Positions 1-7,957 of a DNA stretch of 64,000 nucleotides are shown here, piece after piece. The notes beneath the pieces are model-generated. The model worked only from the letters and a program-made list of their open reading frames with translations. It had not been told where the DNA came from and did not search any database. A program made the position numbers and the translations under genes. The DNA is from Escherichia phage LHE83. Every line of letters starts with the position of its first letter. Position 1 is the stretch's first letter. Where the stretch lies: sequence record OQ561750; one strand, written 5' to 3'.

Positions 1-16
1 CCTTTAAGGAATCCGT

Positions 17-613
17 ATGAAAACGTATAAAGAATTTATCGCCGAAGCTTCTGTAGGAAAGGTCCAAGGCATTAATAAAGATGAGTGGACTTACAAAGGA
101 AACGGCGTTGACAACCCAGGAAACGGTTTTGACGCTAAAACAGCTCCTATTGAACGGTATTTAGCTACAAAGGCTTCTGATTTTAAAGCTTTCGCCTGGG
201 AAGGACTTCGCTGGCGTAACGACCTAAATATTGAAGCTGATGGACTTAAATTTGCCCATATCCAAGATGTTGTTGCTAGTAACTTGGACGCAGCTTTTGT
301 TAAAGCTGACGGTGACCTTCGTCGCTGGAATTTAAAACTGTTCTCTAAACAGAAAGGTCCTGTATTTGTACCTAAAGCAGGTAAATGGACTATTGATAAT
401 AAATTGGCTAAGGCGGTCAACTTCGCCGGTCTTGAATTTGCCAAGCACAAATCAGCATGGAAAGGTCTCGATGCAATGACTTTCCGTAAAGAATTTGCCG
501 ATGTTATGGCTAAAGGCGGCTTTAAGGCAGAAATAGATACCTCTAAAGGTACGTTTAAAGACGCTAATATTCAGTACGCTTACGCCGTTGCTAATGCTGC
601 CCGTGGTAATTAA
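17..613 (+). CDS. ipIII: internal head protein IPIII-like
   Basis: ORF track; N-terminal MKTYKEFIAEA capsid-targeting motif shared by T4 internal proteins; length and sequence resemble T4 IPIII (memory). Confidence 0.8.
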   Translation: MKTYKEFIAEASVGKVQGINKDEWTYKGNGVDNPGNGFDAKTAPIERYLATKASDFKAFAWEGLRWRNDLNIEADGLKFAHIQDVVASNLDAAFVKADGDLRRWNLKLFSKQKGPVFVPKAGKWTIDNKLAKAVNFAGLEFAKHKSAWKGLDAMTFRKEFADVMAKGGFKAEIDTSKGTFKDANIQYAYAVANAARGN

Positions 614-654
614 TAAAGCGAATACTCGGACCTATTTACATTTAAAGGAAACAT

Positions 655-957
655 ATGAAAACCTATCAAGAATTTATCACCGAAGCGCGAGTAAGTGCGG
701 GTAAATTAGAAGCCGCCGTAAATAAAAAGGCCCATTCATTTCATGATTTGCCCGATAAAGACCGTAAGAAACTTGTAAGCCTTTATATTGACAAAGAGCG
801 TATTCTCGCTCTCCCAGGCGCTAATGAAGGTAAACAGGCCAAGCCTTTGAATTCTGTCGAAAAGAAAATTGATAACTTTGCTTCTAAGTTCGGTATGTCT
901 ATGGATGACCTTCAGCAAGCGGCTACCGAAGCAGCTAAAGCAATTAAAGGTAAATAA
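655..957 (+). CDS. ipII: internal head protein IPII-like
   Basis: ORF track; MKTYQEFITEA capsid-targeting N-terminus; about 100 aa. Confidence 0.75.
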   Translation: MKTYQEFITEARVSAGKLEAAVNKKAHSFHDLPDKDRKKLVSLYIDKERILALPGANEGKQAKPLNSVEKKIDNFASKFGMSMDDLQQAATEAAKAIKGK

Positions 958-959
958 CG

Positions 960-990
960 GTTTATTTTTACGATAGTTGTGATATAGTGT
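960..990 (+). promoter_or_regulatory. early-type promoter upstream of denV
   Basis: GTTTAT then about 17 nt then TATAGT; inverted repeat AGTGTTCTC/GAGAACACT places the Shine-Dalgarno in the 3' arm. Confidence 0.4.
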
Positions 991-1017
991 TCTCATACAA
1001 ACATGGAGAACACTAAA

Positions 1018-1425
1018 ATGACTCGTATCAACCTTACCTTAGTATCTGAATTGGCTGACCAACACTTAATGGCTGAATATCGTGAATTACCACGTGTTTT
1101 CGGTGCAGTTCGTGAACGTATTGCCAAAGGGCAAGGCTTCTCTGATATCCCTAAAGACTTCCGCCTTGGTTCAGGGCACGTCAAGTTCTTTTATGACAAA
1201 ATTGGTTTTTTGTTCTTGCGACAAAATGCAATAATTGAGGAACTTCTGAAGCGTGGTTACCAGATTCAAAATACCCATGTAGACGTAGCGGATATTCCAT
1301 TACGGCTTATGAACGATTTCACTCCAACCGAAGCTGATATAGCTTTAAGCCAAGCTCGTCTGGACGAAAAAATTGCACAGCGTCCTACCTGGTACAAACA
1401 TTATGGCAAGGCTATTTACGCTTAA
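1018..1425 (+). CDS. denV: endonuclease V (pyrimidine-dimer DNA glycosylase)
   Basis: Start moved to internal ATG ([29 protein letters not shown]); near-identical to T4 DenV N- and C-termini from memory; track start is an upstream in-frame ATG. Confidence 0.85.
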   Translation: MTRINLTLVSELADQHLMAEYRELPRVFGAVRERIAKGQGFSDIPKDFRLGSGHVKFFYDKIGFLFLRQNAIIEELLKRGYQIQNTHVDVADIPLRLMNDFTPTEADIALSQARLDEKIAQRPTWYKHYGKAIYA

Positions 1426-1468
1426 TTAAATCCGTGATAGAATACTTCTATCAACTTAAGGAATAACA

Positions 1469-1768
1469 ATGAAAACTTATCAAGAATTTATCACAGAAGC
1501 CAAAGCTCCTAAAGCATTTCAAATTGGAGTTCAAGGCAATTTAGACCAAGAATATGTTGATGCTATTGTAGCAAGCCTCGGTAAACAGGGCGTACAAGTC
1601 GATTTTGTTGATTTTACCAAAGGTAATACTTTTAATATTGTTACATCTAAAGGTTCTTTAGCTAAAGTTAAAAAGGCCTTTGGCGTAGCACAAGCATATG
1701 AAATCGACCACTCCGAATTAGAAAATAAAGGTCGCCAGAACACAATTAGAGGTTCTGGTTCTTTCTAA
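1469..1768 (+). CDS. ipI: internal protein IPI-like (T4 IPI inhibits GmrSD-type restriction)
   Basis: MKTYQEFITEA capsid-targeting motif; 99 aa; CTATCAAC/AAGGA cassette upstream. Confidence 0.7.
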   Translation: MKTYQEFITEAKAPKAFQIGVQGNLDQEYVDAIVASLGKQGVQVDFVDFTKGNTFNIVTSKGSLAKVKKAFGVAQAYEIDHSELENKGRQNTIRGSGSF

Positions 1769-1929
1769 TAAAGGCAAGCCGGCCCTCTCCTCATGAACGT
1801 CGCGTCCTCTGAGTGATGGACCTTTCCCTACCTGTAATAAGGTCGAGCCCAAGTGCGGTAAAGGGTTTACATACGGATACATGGATGAATTATGTGCCAA
1901 GGAACGGCCCCACCAACTAAGAGACAATT

Positions 1930-2457
1930 ATGAAATTTTTAACTCCCATTTATCTAACCTTAATGCACGCCTTCGCTGAACGCGCCATTGAACGTTTAGA
2001 CTCAGACCAATACACCTGGTATGAACCCGCTTCAAGAATGCAAGAGTTTGGTACTCTGAGACTTGACGGTGGGCGACAAACAGGTAAAACAAGTGCCATT
2101 GCGCAGTTTGCTGCGGATTGGGTTTCCAAGGGTAATGATGTGATTGTTATGTCGAGTTCTTCGCATCGCTCGCGAGAAATTTGTAATGTAATAAAACAGG
2201 TTTCTAAGGCACACCCACATCTCCAAGTCGAAGGTCCTGGTTTTGTTGTCTATGATACTGTGCGCAGTTTCCTTGATGAAGACAATTTCCATAAGTATCG
2301 TGGACTATCTGTTACTCGATTATTGATTATTATCGAAGAGCCAATGCGCCTTCCAGCGATGGATAAGTTCTATGAAGCTTACCAGGTAATGATTAATAAA
2401 TTTATGTGCCAAGGCGACAAGCCTTTGCCTCTGTTCTTTGTGATAGGAATGCAATGA
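1930..2457 (+). CDS. hypothetical protein with P-loop-like motif (GGRQTGKTS)
   Basis: ORF track; Walker-A-like motif; follows a GC-rich noncoding island. Confidence 0.55.
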   Translation: MKFLTPIYLTLMHAFAERAIERLDSDQYTWYEPASRMQEFGTLRLDGGRQTGKTSAIAQFAADWVSKGNDVIVMSSSSHRSREICNVIKQVSKAHPHLQVEGPGFVVYDTVRSFLDEDNFHKYRGLSVTRLLIIIEEPMRLPAMDKFYEAYQVMINKFMCQGDKPLPLFFVIGMQ

Positions 2458-2750
2458 TGACTGATGAAGAACTTTTTGAGTTCTGTTATTTCTCACGTAA
2501 GGTTCGAAGAGAGGACCTTACTGCAAATTTCGAGTATGCTTATTTCTATCCATTAGAATATGTATTCATGACAGGGCCCTTTAAGGGCTCTCGTTTTAGA
2601 TGTCATGCCCCAAGCATCCGATTAATGAAACAGGTTCCTTACTTCACCCTCGAGTTCATCTCAGGGCCTTGTAAGGGTATTATAACTCGTAGTCTCTTGA
2701 CATATGACCAAGAGATTCATATGATTTCTGACTGGAAAAAATATGTCTAA
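2454..2750 (+). CDS. hypothetical protein
   Basis: ATGA overlap with upstream stop; track start 2406 lies inside the upstream gene. Confidence 0.45.
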   Translation: MMTDEELFEFCYFSRKVRREDLTANFEYAYFYPLEYVFMTGPFKGSRFRCHAPSIRLMKQVPYFTLEFISGPCKGIITRSLLTYDQEIHMISDWKKYV

Positions 2751-2961
2751 ATTGTCAATTGAAGGCTCTGATGAAGCTCTGAAGATGTTTGTTGATTGGT
2801 TCCACGAACAGGGCGAACAAGGCTTTTTGGAATGTTGGAATGGTGGACAATGGAACGGTAAAGAAACCGTTTATCCGAGCACATATATCTCTGTTCGTGG
2901 CGGACCCAACGGCCTTCGTTTAGTGGAATACGATATCGCAACTGGTGAGGAAGTAAAATGA
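2743..2961 (+). CDS. hypothetical protein
   Basis: ORF track; ATG overlapping the preceding stop. Confidence 0.5.
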   Translation: MSKLSIEGSDEALKMFVDWFHEQGEQGFLECWNGGQWNGKETVYPSTYISVRGGPNGLRLVEYDIATGEEVK

Positions 2962-3236
2962 TTGAAGATATCAAGGGTTACAAACCACATACCGACGATA
3001 AAATCGGTAAAGTGAATGCTATTAAAGATGCCGAAATTCGGTTAGGGCTGATGTTTAAAGCTCTAGAAGAAGAACATGTTACCTATTATATGAACTTAGA
3101 TACCGAAGAGGTTTCTGAACAAGAACTAGACCAGGCTCATGAACGCATTACCCAGATTCGTAATGCAATTGACCGTCTTAAAGAAGCTAGTATGTGGGCT
3201 TGTCGCTCTGTGTTCCAACCAGAAGAAAAGTACTAA
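2958..3236 (+). CDS. hypothetical small helical protein (vs-region)
   Basis: ORF track; ATGA overlap with upstream stop. Confidence 0.5.
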   Translation: MIEDIKGYKPHTDDKIGKVNAIKDAEIRLGLMFKALEEEHVTYYMNLDTEEVSEQELDQAHERITQIRNAIDRLKEASMWACRSVFQPEEKY

Positions 3237-3240
3237 AGCA

Positions 3241-3270
3241 GTTTACATCTCCTGTAGGTATGATACTATA
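3241..3270 (+). promoter_or_regulatory. early promoter cassette upstream of regB
   Basis: GTTTAC then 17 nt then TGATACTAT then CCTATCAAC; inverted repeat CTCCTGTAG/CTACAGGAG flanks the -10 and includes the Shine-Dalgarno. Confidence 0.55.
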
Positions 3271-3297
3271 AACCTATCAACTACAGGAGATTACAAA

Positions 3298-3756
3298 ATG
3301 TCAGAAATTAATTCAGAAGTATTCATCCGCCGCAATAAATTACGTCGTCAGTTCGAAACCGAATTCCGCGAACTGAATGCGTCCATCAAAAAAGCCGCCA
3401 TTAAGAGCGGAGTCCCAGCCTTCTTTATTAAGTACTCTAATCACTTGTTGGACCGTGCTATCCAACGTGAAATCGACGAAAAATACGTTTTTGCTTTATT
3501 CAAGCAACTCCATAACCATGTTAAAGAAATTCATGAATTTTTAATCCAGGAACCTCTGCCTGATGTAGAAGCCGAAATCATTCCTGGTAAAGTGTATCGC
3601 CCATTGCGTCTCGAAATTACCGATAAAACCTTATGGCTAGGTATGACTGTAGATCGTAAACATCCTGATAAAGGATACTCGTTAAAATGTCGTATGGCAT
3701 TTGTTAACTCTAAACGTTTAGAAGGTAAAACCAGCACGAAAGTAATCTATCTTTAA
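3298..3756 (+). CDS. regB: RegB site-specific endoribonuclease
   Basis: Internal ATG after the promoter cassette; MSEINSEVFIRRNKLRR...LLDRAIQREIDE resembles T4 RegB; track start 3139 runs through the promoter. Confidence 0.85.
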   Translation: MSEINSEVFIRRNKLRRQFETEFRELNASIKKAAIKSGVPAFFIKYSNHLLDRAIQREIDEKYVFALFKQLHNHVKEIHEFLIQEPLPDVEAEIIPGKVYRPLRLEITDKTLWLGMTVDRKHPDKGYSLKCRMAFVNSKRLEGKTSTKVIYL

Positions 3757-3768
3757 TAATGAGGTCTC

Positions 3769-4308
3769 ATGAAAAAAGTATTAGCCACTTTACTATTGAC
3801 AGTTAGTATGTCTGCCCATAGCGTAGAGCCTACTTTCAGTAATGAACAACTCGATAATTTACATTATGCGTATGCTTTCGGTGAACAATACCAAAAGTCG
3901 GGAAAGTTCAAAGAAACCCCTAATCAAAAAGGATTAGGATATATCATGGCCGGATTACTATGGCAGGAATCATCCGCCGGAATTAATCAAGGTTTAAATA
4001 AAGATAAGCACCATGCTTATGGCATGTTCCAAAATTACTTGCCTACGTTAAGAAGTCGTGTTCAACAGGTAGGTTGGAAGATGTCTGACAAAGAAATAAT
4101 TCGTATGGTCCAAAAACGACAGAACAGTGCCTCTTGGGCCTACATTGAACTGTCTTATTGGATTGATGTTCACAAAGGTGACCTGAGAAAAGCGATTGCT
4201 TCTTATAATGCGGGCTGGAACGCCAAAGCAGGCAGTAAATATGCTTCTGAAGTTCTAGAAAAGGCCAATTACCTAAAATCTAAAAAGATGTTTGAGGCGG
4301 TGTATTAA
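3769..4308 (+). CDS. secreted lytic transglycosylase-like protein
   Basis: N-terminal signal peptide; motifs LWQESSAG, AYGMFQ and SYNAGWN resemble the SLT-domain catalytic Glu-Ser and AYNAG motifs. Confidence 0.55.
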   Translation: MKKVLATLLLTVSMSAHSVEPTFSNEQLDNLHYAYAFGEQYQKSGKFKETPNQKGLGYIMAGLLWQESSAGINQGLNKDKHHAYGMFQNYLPTLRSRVQQVGWKMSDKEIIRMVQKRQNSASWAYIELSYWIDVHKGDLRKAIASYNAGWNAKAGSKYASEVLEKANYLKSKKMFEAVY

Positions 4309-4665
4309 ATGATTAAGCAGATGACTATAGCGCTTATGTTGATTGCTCCGGGAGTATTAGCGTCACAAGTTGATGATAGTAATAATTCAATTGTCGAGTA
4401 TGCTACCCGTACAGCAAAAGATTATTGTCATCCGAGTAATACTGAATGCATTATCGAATTCAGTTCAAAAATCACAGCTGCTTTTAAAGATGGCCAGAAC
4501 GACGTAGAGCATCGCCGAATGAAAGAGAAAACTCTTTCTAAAAGATACGAGCAACGTCTAAACGTTACTGAATGTATTCCATCTGATAAAAAGTACAAAG
4601 AAATGTGCGCGTCTATGGTAGACAGACTCGTTGATTCATACAACCGAGGATTAAACTCTAAATGA
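4309..4665 (+). CDS. secreted or periplasmic hypothetical protein
   Basis: ORF track; hydrophobic N-terminus; several Cys. Confidence 0.5.
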   Translation: MIKQMTIALMLIAPGVLASQVDDSNNSIVEYATRTAKDYCHPSNTECIIEFSSKITAAFKDGQNDVEHRRMKEKTLSKRYEQRLNVTECIPSDKKYKEMCASMVDRLVDSYNRGLNSK

Positions 4666-5129
4666 TTATTGATTATATTAAGGGCGATATCGTCGCCCTG
4701 TTTCTTCAAGGTAATAATGTTGCACACGGGTGCAACTGTTTCCACACAATGGGTTCAGGTGTAGCTGGGCAATTGGCTAAGGCTTATCCGCCTATTCTCG
4801 CTATCGATAAAACTACTTATTTAGGCAATTTGGCAAAACTTGGCACGTTTACTCAAGCTACAGGTAATAATGGCCAAATTTGCTATAATTTATATACCCA
4901 ATACGAACCAGGCCCTAATCTTGATTATGGTGCTTTAGTAAACTGTATGATAGAATTAAACCGTACCGCAAAAGGTCTTTTGTTTAAACCAAGAATTTAT
5001 ATTCCTCGCATTGGTTGTGGTATTGCTGGTGGTGATTGGGACAAGGTTTACCAATTGATTAATTTGTTTACTCCTGATATTAATTTAGTGGTGGTAGATT
5101 ATGAAAGCCCATTACCCGCATCCGTTTGA
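4662..5129 (+). CDS. macrodomain-like protein (putative ADP-ribose binding or hydrolase)
   Basis: GDIV...VAHGCNC...MGSGVAGQLAKA...IGCGIAGG pattern resembles macro-domain glycine-rich loops; ATGA overlap with upstream. Confidence 0.45.
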   Translation: MIIDYIKGDIVALFLQGNNVAHGCNCFHTMGSGVAGQLAKAYPPILAIDKTTYLGNLAKLGTFTQATGNNGQICYNLYTQYEPGPNLDYGALVNCMIELNRTAKGLLFKPRIYIPRIGCGIAGGDWDKVYQLINLFTPDINLVVVDYESPLPASV

Positions 5130-5313
5130 CCCTAAAAACAAAGCGGAAATTATTCGACGCTGGACCGAAACACGAGTAACTAAATGCCCTATAAAAAGTC
5201 AACACAACACCGATAAATGGTATATTGGTGAATATGTTGAATATACTTTTATAGATAAAAATAAACGTAAACAGCATGTAGAAGAATATTGCTTAAAGGT
5301 GCAATGGTTATGA
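5101..5313 (+). CDS. hypothetical protein
   Basis: ORF track; overlaps the 3' end of the previous gene. Confidence 0.4.
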   Translation: MKAHYPHPFDPKNKAEIIRRWTETRVTKCPIKSQHNTDKWYIGEYVEYTFIDKNKRKQHVEEYCLKVQWL

Positions 5314-5483
5314 GTCTGAGTAAAGAACAGAAAGATAAATTGTTTGAGCTTATCCATGAGCTTATGGAACTCAACATAGAATGTGAATTTGATAACTCTC
5401 TGGATTGGGATTGGAGAGGTGGTGAAGAGGATGAGTTTTCTAAAAAGGAAAATGAATTAATTGCTTATGTAAATAGTCTTTAA
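5310..5483 (+). CDS. hypothetical acidic protein
   Basis: ATGA overlap start chosen instead of track start 5289. Confidence 0.4.
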   Translation: MSLSKEQKDKLFELIHELMELNIECEFDNSLDWDWRGGEEDEFSKKENELIAYVNSL

Positions 5484-5492
5484 GAAGGTAAT

Positions 5493-6065
5493 ATGGCTCA
5501 ACTTTATTTTCATTATGCGGCGATGAATTCCGGGAAAACCGCTTCATTGCTAACGGCAGCTCATAACTACAAAGAACGTGGTATGGGCGTACTCCTTTTA
5601 AAGCCTGCGATAGACAATAGAGAATCAAGCCATAGCATTTCGTCTCGTATAGGGATTAGTCAAGAGGCTAATGCCGTGACTCCGGATATGGACCTATACG
5701 AGTTCTATCGTTGGGCTGAATCTCAAAAAGATATCCACTGCGTATTTGTGGATGAAGCACAGTTCTTAGAACCTGCACAGATAAAACAACTGGCAAAGAT
5801 AGTAGACAATTATAATGTTCCGGTTATGTGCTATGGGCTAAGAACTGATTTTCAGGGTAAACTGTTTCCTGGCTCTGCTGAATTACTCGCTACGGCAGAT
5901 AAACTCGTTGAGTACAAAGGTGTGTGCCATTGCGGCCGTAAAGCTACTATGACGGCTCGTATCCAAGATGGTATCGCAATTAAGGACGGAGCCCAAGTTT
6001 CTATAGGTGGCAACGATTCTTACGTGTCATTGTGCAGGAAGCACTGGATAGAAATAACGAGTTGA
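5493..6065 (+). CDS. tk: thymidine kinase
   Basis: AAMNSGKT P-loop, VFVDEAQF, Zn-ribbon CHCG...LCRKHW; near-identical to T4 Tk from memory. Confidence 0.9.
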   Translation: MAQLYFHYAAMNSGKTASLLTAAHNYKERGMGVLLLKPAIDNRESSHSISSRIGISQEANAVTPDMDLYEFYRWAESQKDIHCVFVDEAQFLEPAQIKQLAKIVDNYNVPVMCYGLRTDFQGKLFPGSAELLATADKLVEYKGVCHCGRKATMTARIQDGIAIKDGAQVSIGGNDSYVSLCRKHWIEITS

Positions 6066-6072
6066 GGGTACT

Positions 6073-6351
6073 ATGGACCTAAATTCAAAGATTTTAATTC
6101 TAGCGTTCGCTGTGGCTATTTCTTATATTGTTCTTTCGCCTATCATGGATGATGTGGCTTACAAAAGAGAGATAGAGGTTGTAGCAGCGACGTATAATGC
6201 TAATAATAAAGAGTGTCCTAATAAAAATGGGATGGATTTAATTAAAGCGCATTATATGCTTTCCATTACCTCGCCTATACAGAGGAATTGGGTTGAATAT
6301 AATTTTAACGACGTGTTCTATTCTTATTGTCGTAAGCTTAAAAAGCTATAA
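6073..6351 (+). CDS. hypothetical membrane protein
   Basis: ORF track; N-terminal transmembrane segment. Confidence 0.5.
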   Translation: MDLNSKILILAFAVAISYIVLSPIMDDVAYKREIEVVAATYNANNKECPNKNGMDLIKAHYMLSITSPIQRNWVEYNFNDVFYSYCRKLKKL

Positions 6352-6354
6352 ATA
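6347..6354 (+). promoter_or_regulatory. late-promoter-like TATAAATA
   Basis: Exact match to the T4 late -10 consensus, about 90 nt upstream of rI. Confidence 0.35.
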
Positions 6355-6443
6355 ATAATACTAACCGTAGAGCTTTAGCTTTTGGTAATCGCTATCGGTT
6401 AAGGCCGAAAGGCAAATAGTATAAAACAACAAAGGACTTTTGT

Positions 6444-6737
6444 ATGGATATTTTCCGTACAGCGGCTTGTATCCTTATGGCGGGATGTTTAAGCCCTACA
6501 GTTTCACTAGCAAATGACACCAACGATAAATTGATGGATGCATTTGCTAGTAGTGCGATGCCTGTTTATGCGCAAATGAGTAGACCTAGCATAAAGGCCT
6601 CCGAAGACTATTGGGCCTACCTTAATGCTTCTTGGAAGGTATCAAGTTGTCAGACTATAGAAGCGTGCTCAATTGAAGGTCGTGCCATCGGAGAGCGTTA
6701 TGCAAAACTAATGAAGGTGGAAGATGAAGTTCAATGA
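6444..6737 (+). CDS. rI: lysis inhibition regulator rI-like
   Basis: 97 aa; signal-anchor N-terminus; Cys pattern and size as T4 RI; sits between tk and the nrdC-region genes. Confidence 0.6.
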   Translation: MDIFRTAACILMAGCLSPTVSLANDTNDKLMDAFASSAMPVYAQMSRPSIKASEDYWAYLNASWKVSSCQTIEACSIEGRAIGERYAKLMKVEDEVQ

Positions 6738-7107
6738 TTTCGTACCCGGTCGAGGGTCTGAAGTGGATTCTTATATTGGTTGGCTACTGGTTTCTTTAGC
6801 CTATTTTAAGTCAGCCCATTTAGAAACCAAAAGCTATGCAAGACACAAAGCATATGACTTCTATTATGTAGAAGTTCAAGGACCACTGGACCAATTTAGT
6901 GAGCAATATCTTGGATTCAGTGGCAAAGAATATAAAGCATCATTACCGTCTGCTTCAGACTTGCCTAAGGACCCGGTAGATTTTCTTGACGAGCTTCTTA
7001 AAGCATCTGATAAAATCTATGATACACTTCCTAAGGCCATCCAGTCGACTTTGGACGATATCACTGGTGTCTTTTACCAGACTAAGTATTTGTTGACGTT
7101 AGAATAA
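6724..7107 (+). CDS. hypothetical protein
   Basis: ORF track. Confidence 0.5.
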   Translation: MKFNDFVPGRGSEVDSYIGWLLVSLAYFKSAHLETKSYARHKAYDFYYVEVQGPLDQFSEQYLGFSGKEYKASLPSASDLPKDPVDFLDELLKASDKIYDTLPKAIQSTLDDITGVFYQTKYLLTLE

Positions 7108-7110
7108 TCA

Positions 7111-7138
7111 AAGGTCTCACTTCGGTGGGACCTTTTTT
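7111..7138 (+). terminator. rho-independent terminator (UUCG-loop hairpin plus U-run)
   Basis: AAGGTCTCAC-TTCG-GTGGGACCTTTTTT. Confidence 0.6.
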
Positions 7139-7147
7139 CGTTTAGGT

Positions 7148-7180
7148 GTTTACATCCTCTAGGAACATGATACTATAGAC
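7148..7180 (+). promoter_or_regulatory. early promoter cassette
   Basis: GTTTAC...TGATACTATAGACCTATCAACT, then GAGGAG Shine-Dalgarno. Confidence 0.55.
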
Positions 7181-7204
7181 CTATCAACTAATGAGGAGAA
7201 CAGT

Positions 7205-7441
7205 ATGAAACTTACAAGTACTACGGTTTCATTAGAATATGAAATCAACGGTCGTATCCTTGAGATTAAGATATTCGACGACCGAAGTATCTTCGCTGAT
7301 TATCGAGGATACAGAATTCGTCTAGAAAAGGACGAGCTCAAGGAACCGTGGCTCCTTAAAGACACATTAAAGGGTTGTGGATGTAAACTGAAGACTACCC
7401 AAGCCCAAGAATTAATTTCTACTATCAACAAATACTGGTGA
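7205..7441 (+). CDS. hypothetical protein
   Basis: ORF track; canonical cassette and Shine-Dalgarno upstream. Confidence 0.55.
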   Translation: MKLTSTTVSLEYEINGRILEIKIFDDRSIFADYRGYRIRLEKDELKEPWLLKDTLKGCGCKLKTTQAQELISTINKYW

Positions 7442-7445
7442 TATT

Positions 7446-7628
7446 ATGTTAACTACTGAACAGATTGAACAAATCCTTAAACTAGCTACTGCTATTGAAC
7501 GTGATTCTTATGATAGTGCAGTAGAACATTGCGAAGGCTATTCATATTCCGGAATAGAGCAGTGTAAACGAGATTTGGCTAATTCTAAAGCGGCCTTGGT
7601 TGAGTATCTTAATGAGTTGAAAGCATAA
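7446..7628 (+). CDS. hypothetical protein
   Basis: ORF track. Confidence 0.45.
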   Translation: MLTTEQIEQILKLATAIERDSYDSAVEHCEGYSYSGIEQCKRDLANSKAALVEYLNELKA

Positions 7629-7749
7629 TGGCTGATGGCACAGGAGCCTGAAGATGATTTATTACTTAGAACCCTGGGCTTGGTCAACAATGATTATAGG
7701 CCCTATTTTAATCGGTTTATTCTTTTCATGGTTAGCGAGGAAATTGTAA

Positions 7750-7947
7750 ATGTTATACGATCCAAATGGTTGTTCTGAAGATGGTGTGATTGCCCTTTTA
7801 GCAGATGTTGAAGAATCTGACGATGACGTCTTTGTTAAAGATTGGGAAGAAAAAGGTGGAATTACGCTCCAACAAGAAAATGATATGATTTGTCTGAATG
7901 CAGACCAAGTCGAAGAGCTTTATAGTATTTTAAAACATAACCGTTGA
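7750..7947 (+). CDS. hypothetical acidic protein
   Basis: ORF track. Confidence 0.45.
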   Translation: MLYDPNGCSEDGVIALLADVEESDDDVFVKDWEEKGGITLQQENDMICLNADQVEELYSILKHNR

Positions 7948-7957
7948 GGAATAGAAA

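Noticed and set aside
91-450. Minus-strand ORFs throughout the track (for example 91-450, 8612-9073, 22550-22999, 33347-33661, 35325-35759, 43433-43858, 58340-58730, 61645-62007, 62940-63341)
   Set aside because: Each lies antisense inside a + strand gene with strong homology or coupling support, and none has a convincing Shine-Dalgarno. The only minus-strand ORF kept is 43015-43215, which sits in a + strand coding gap and has an AGGAGG RBS.
1769-1929. tRNA gene in the GC-rich island, or elsewhere
   Set aside because: No acceptor-stem/T-loop (GTTCRANYC) arrangement or cloverleaf could be found by eye here or in other intergenic regions; kept only as a candidate structured-RNA finding.
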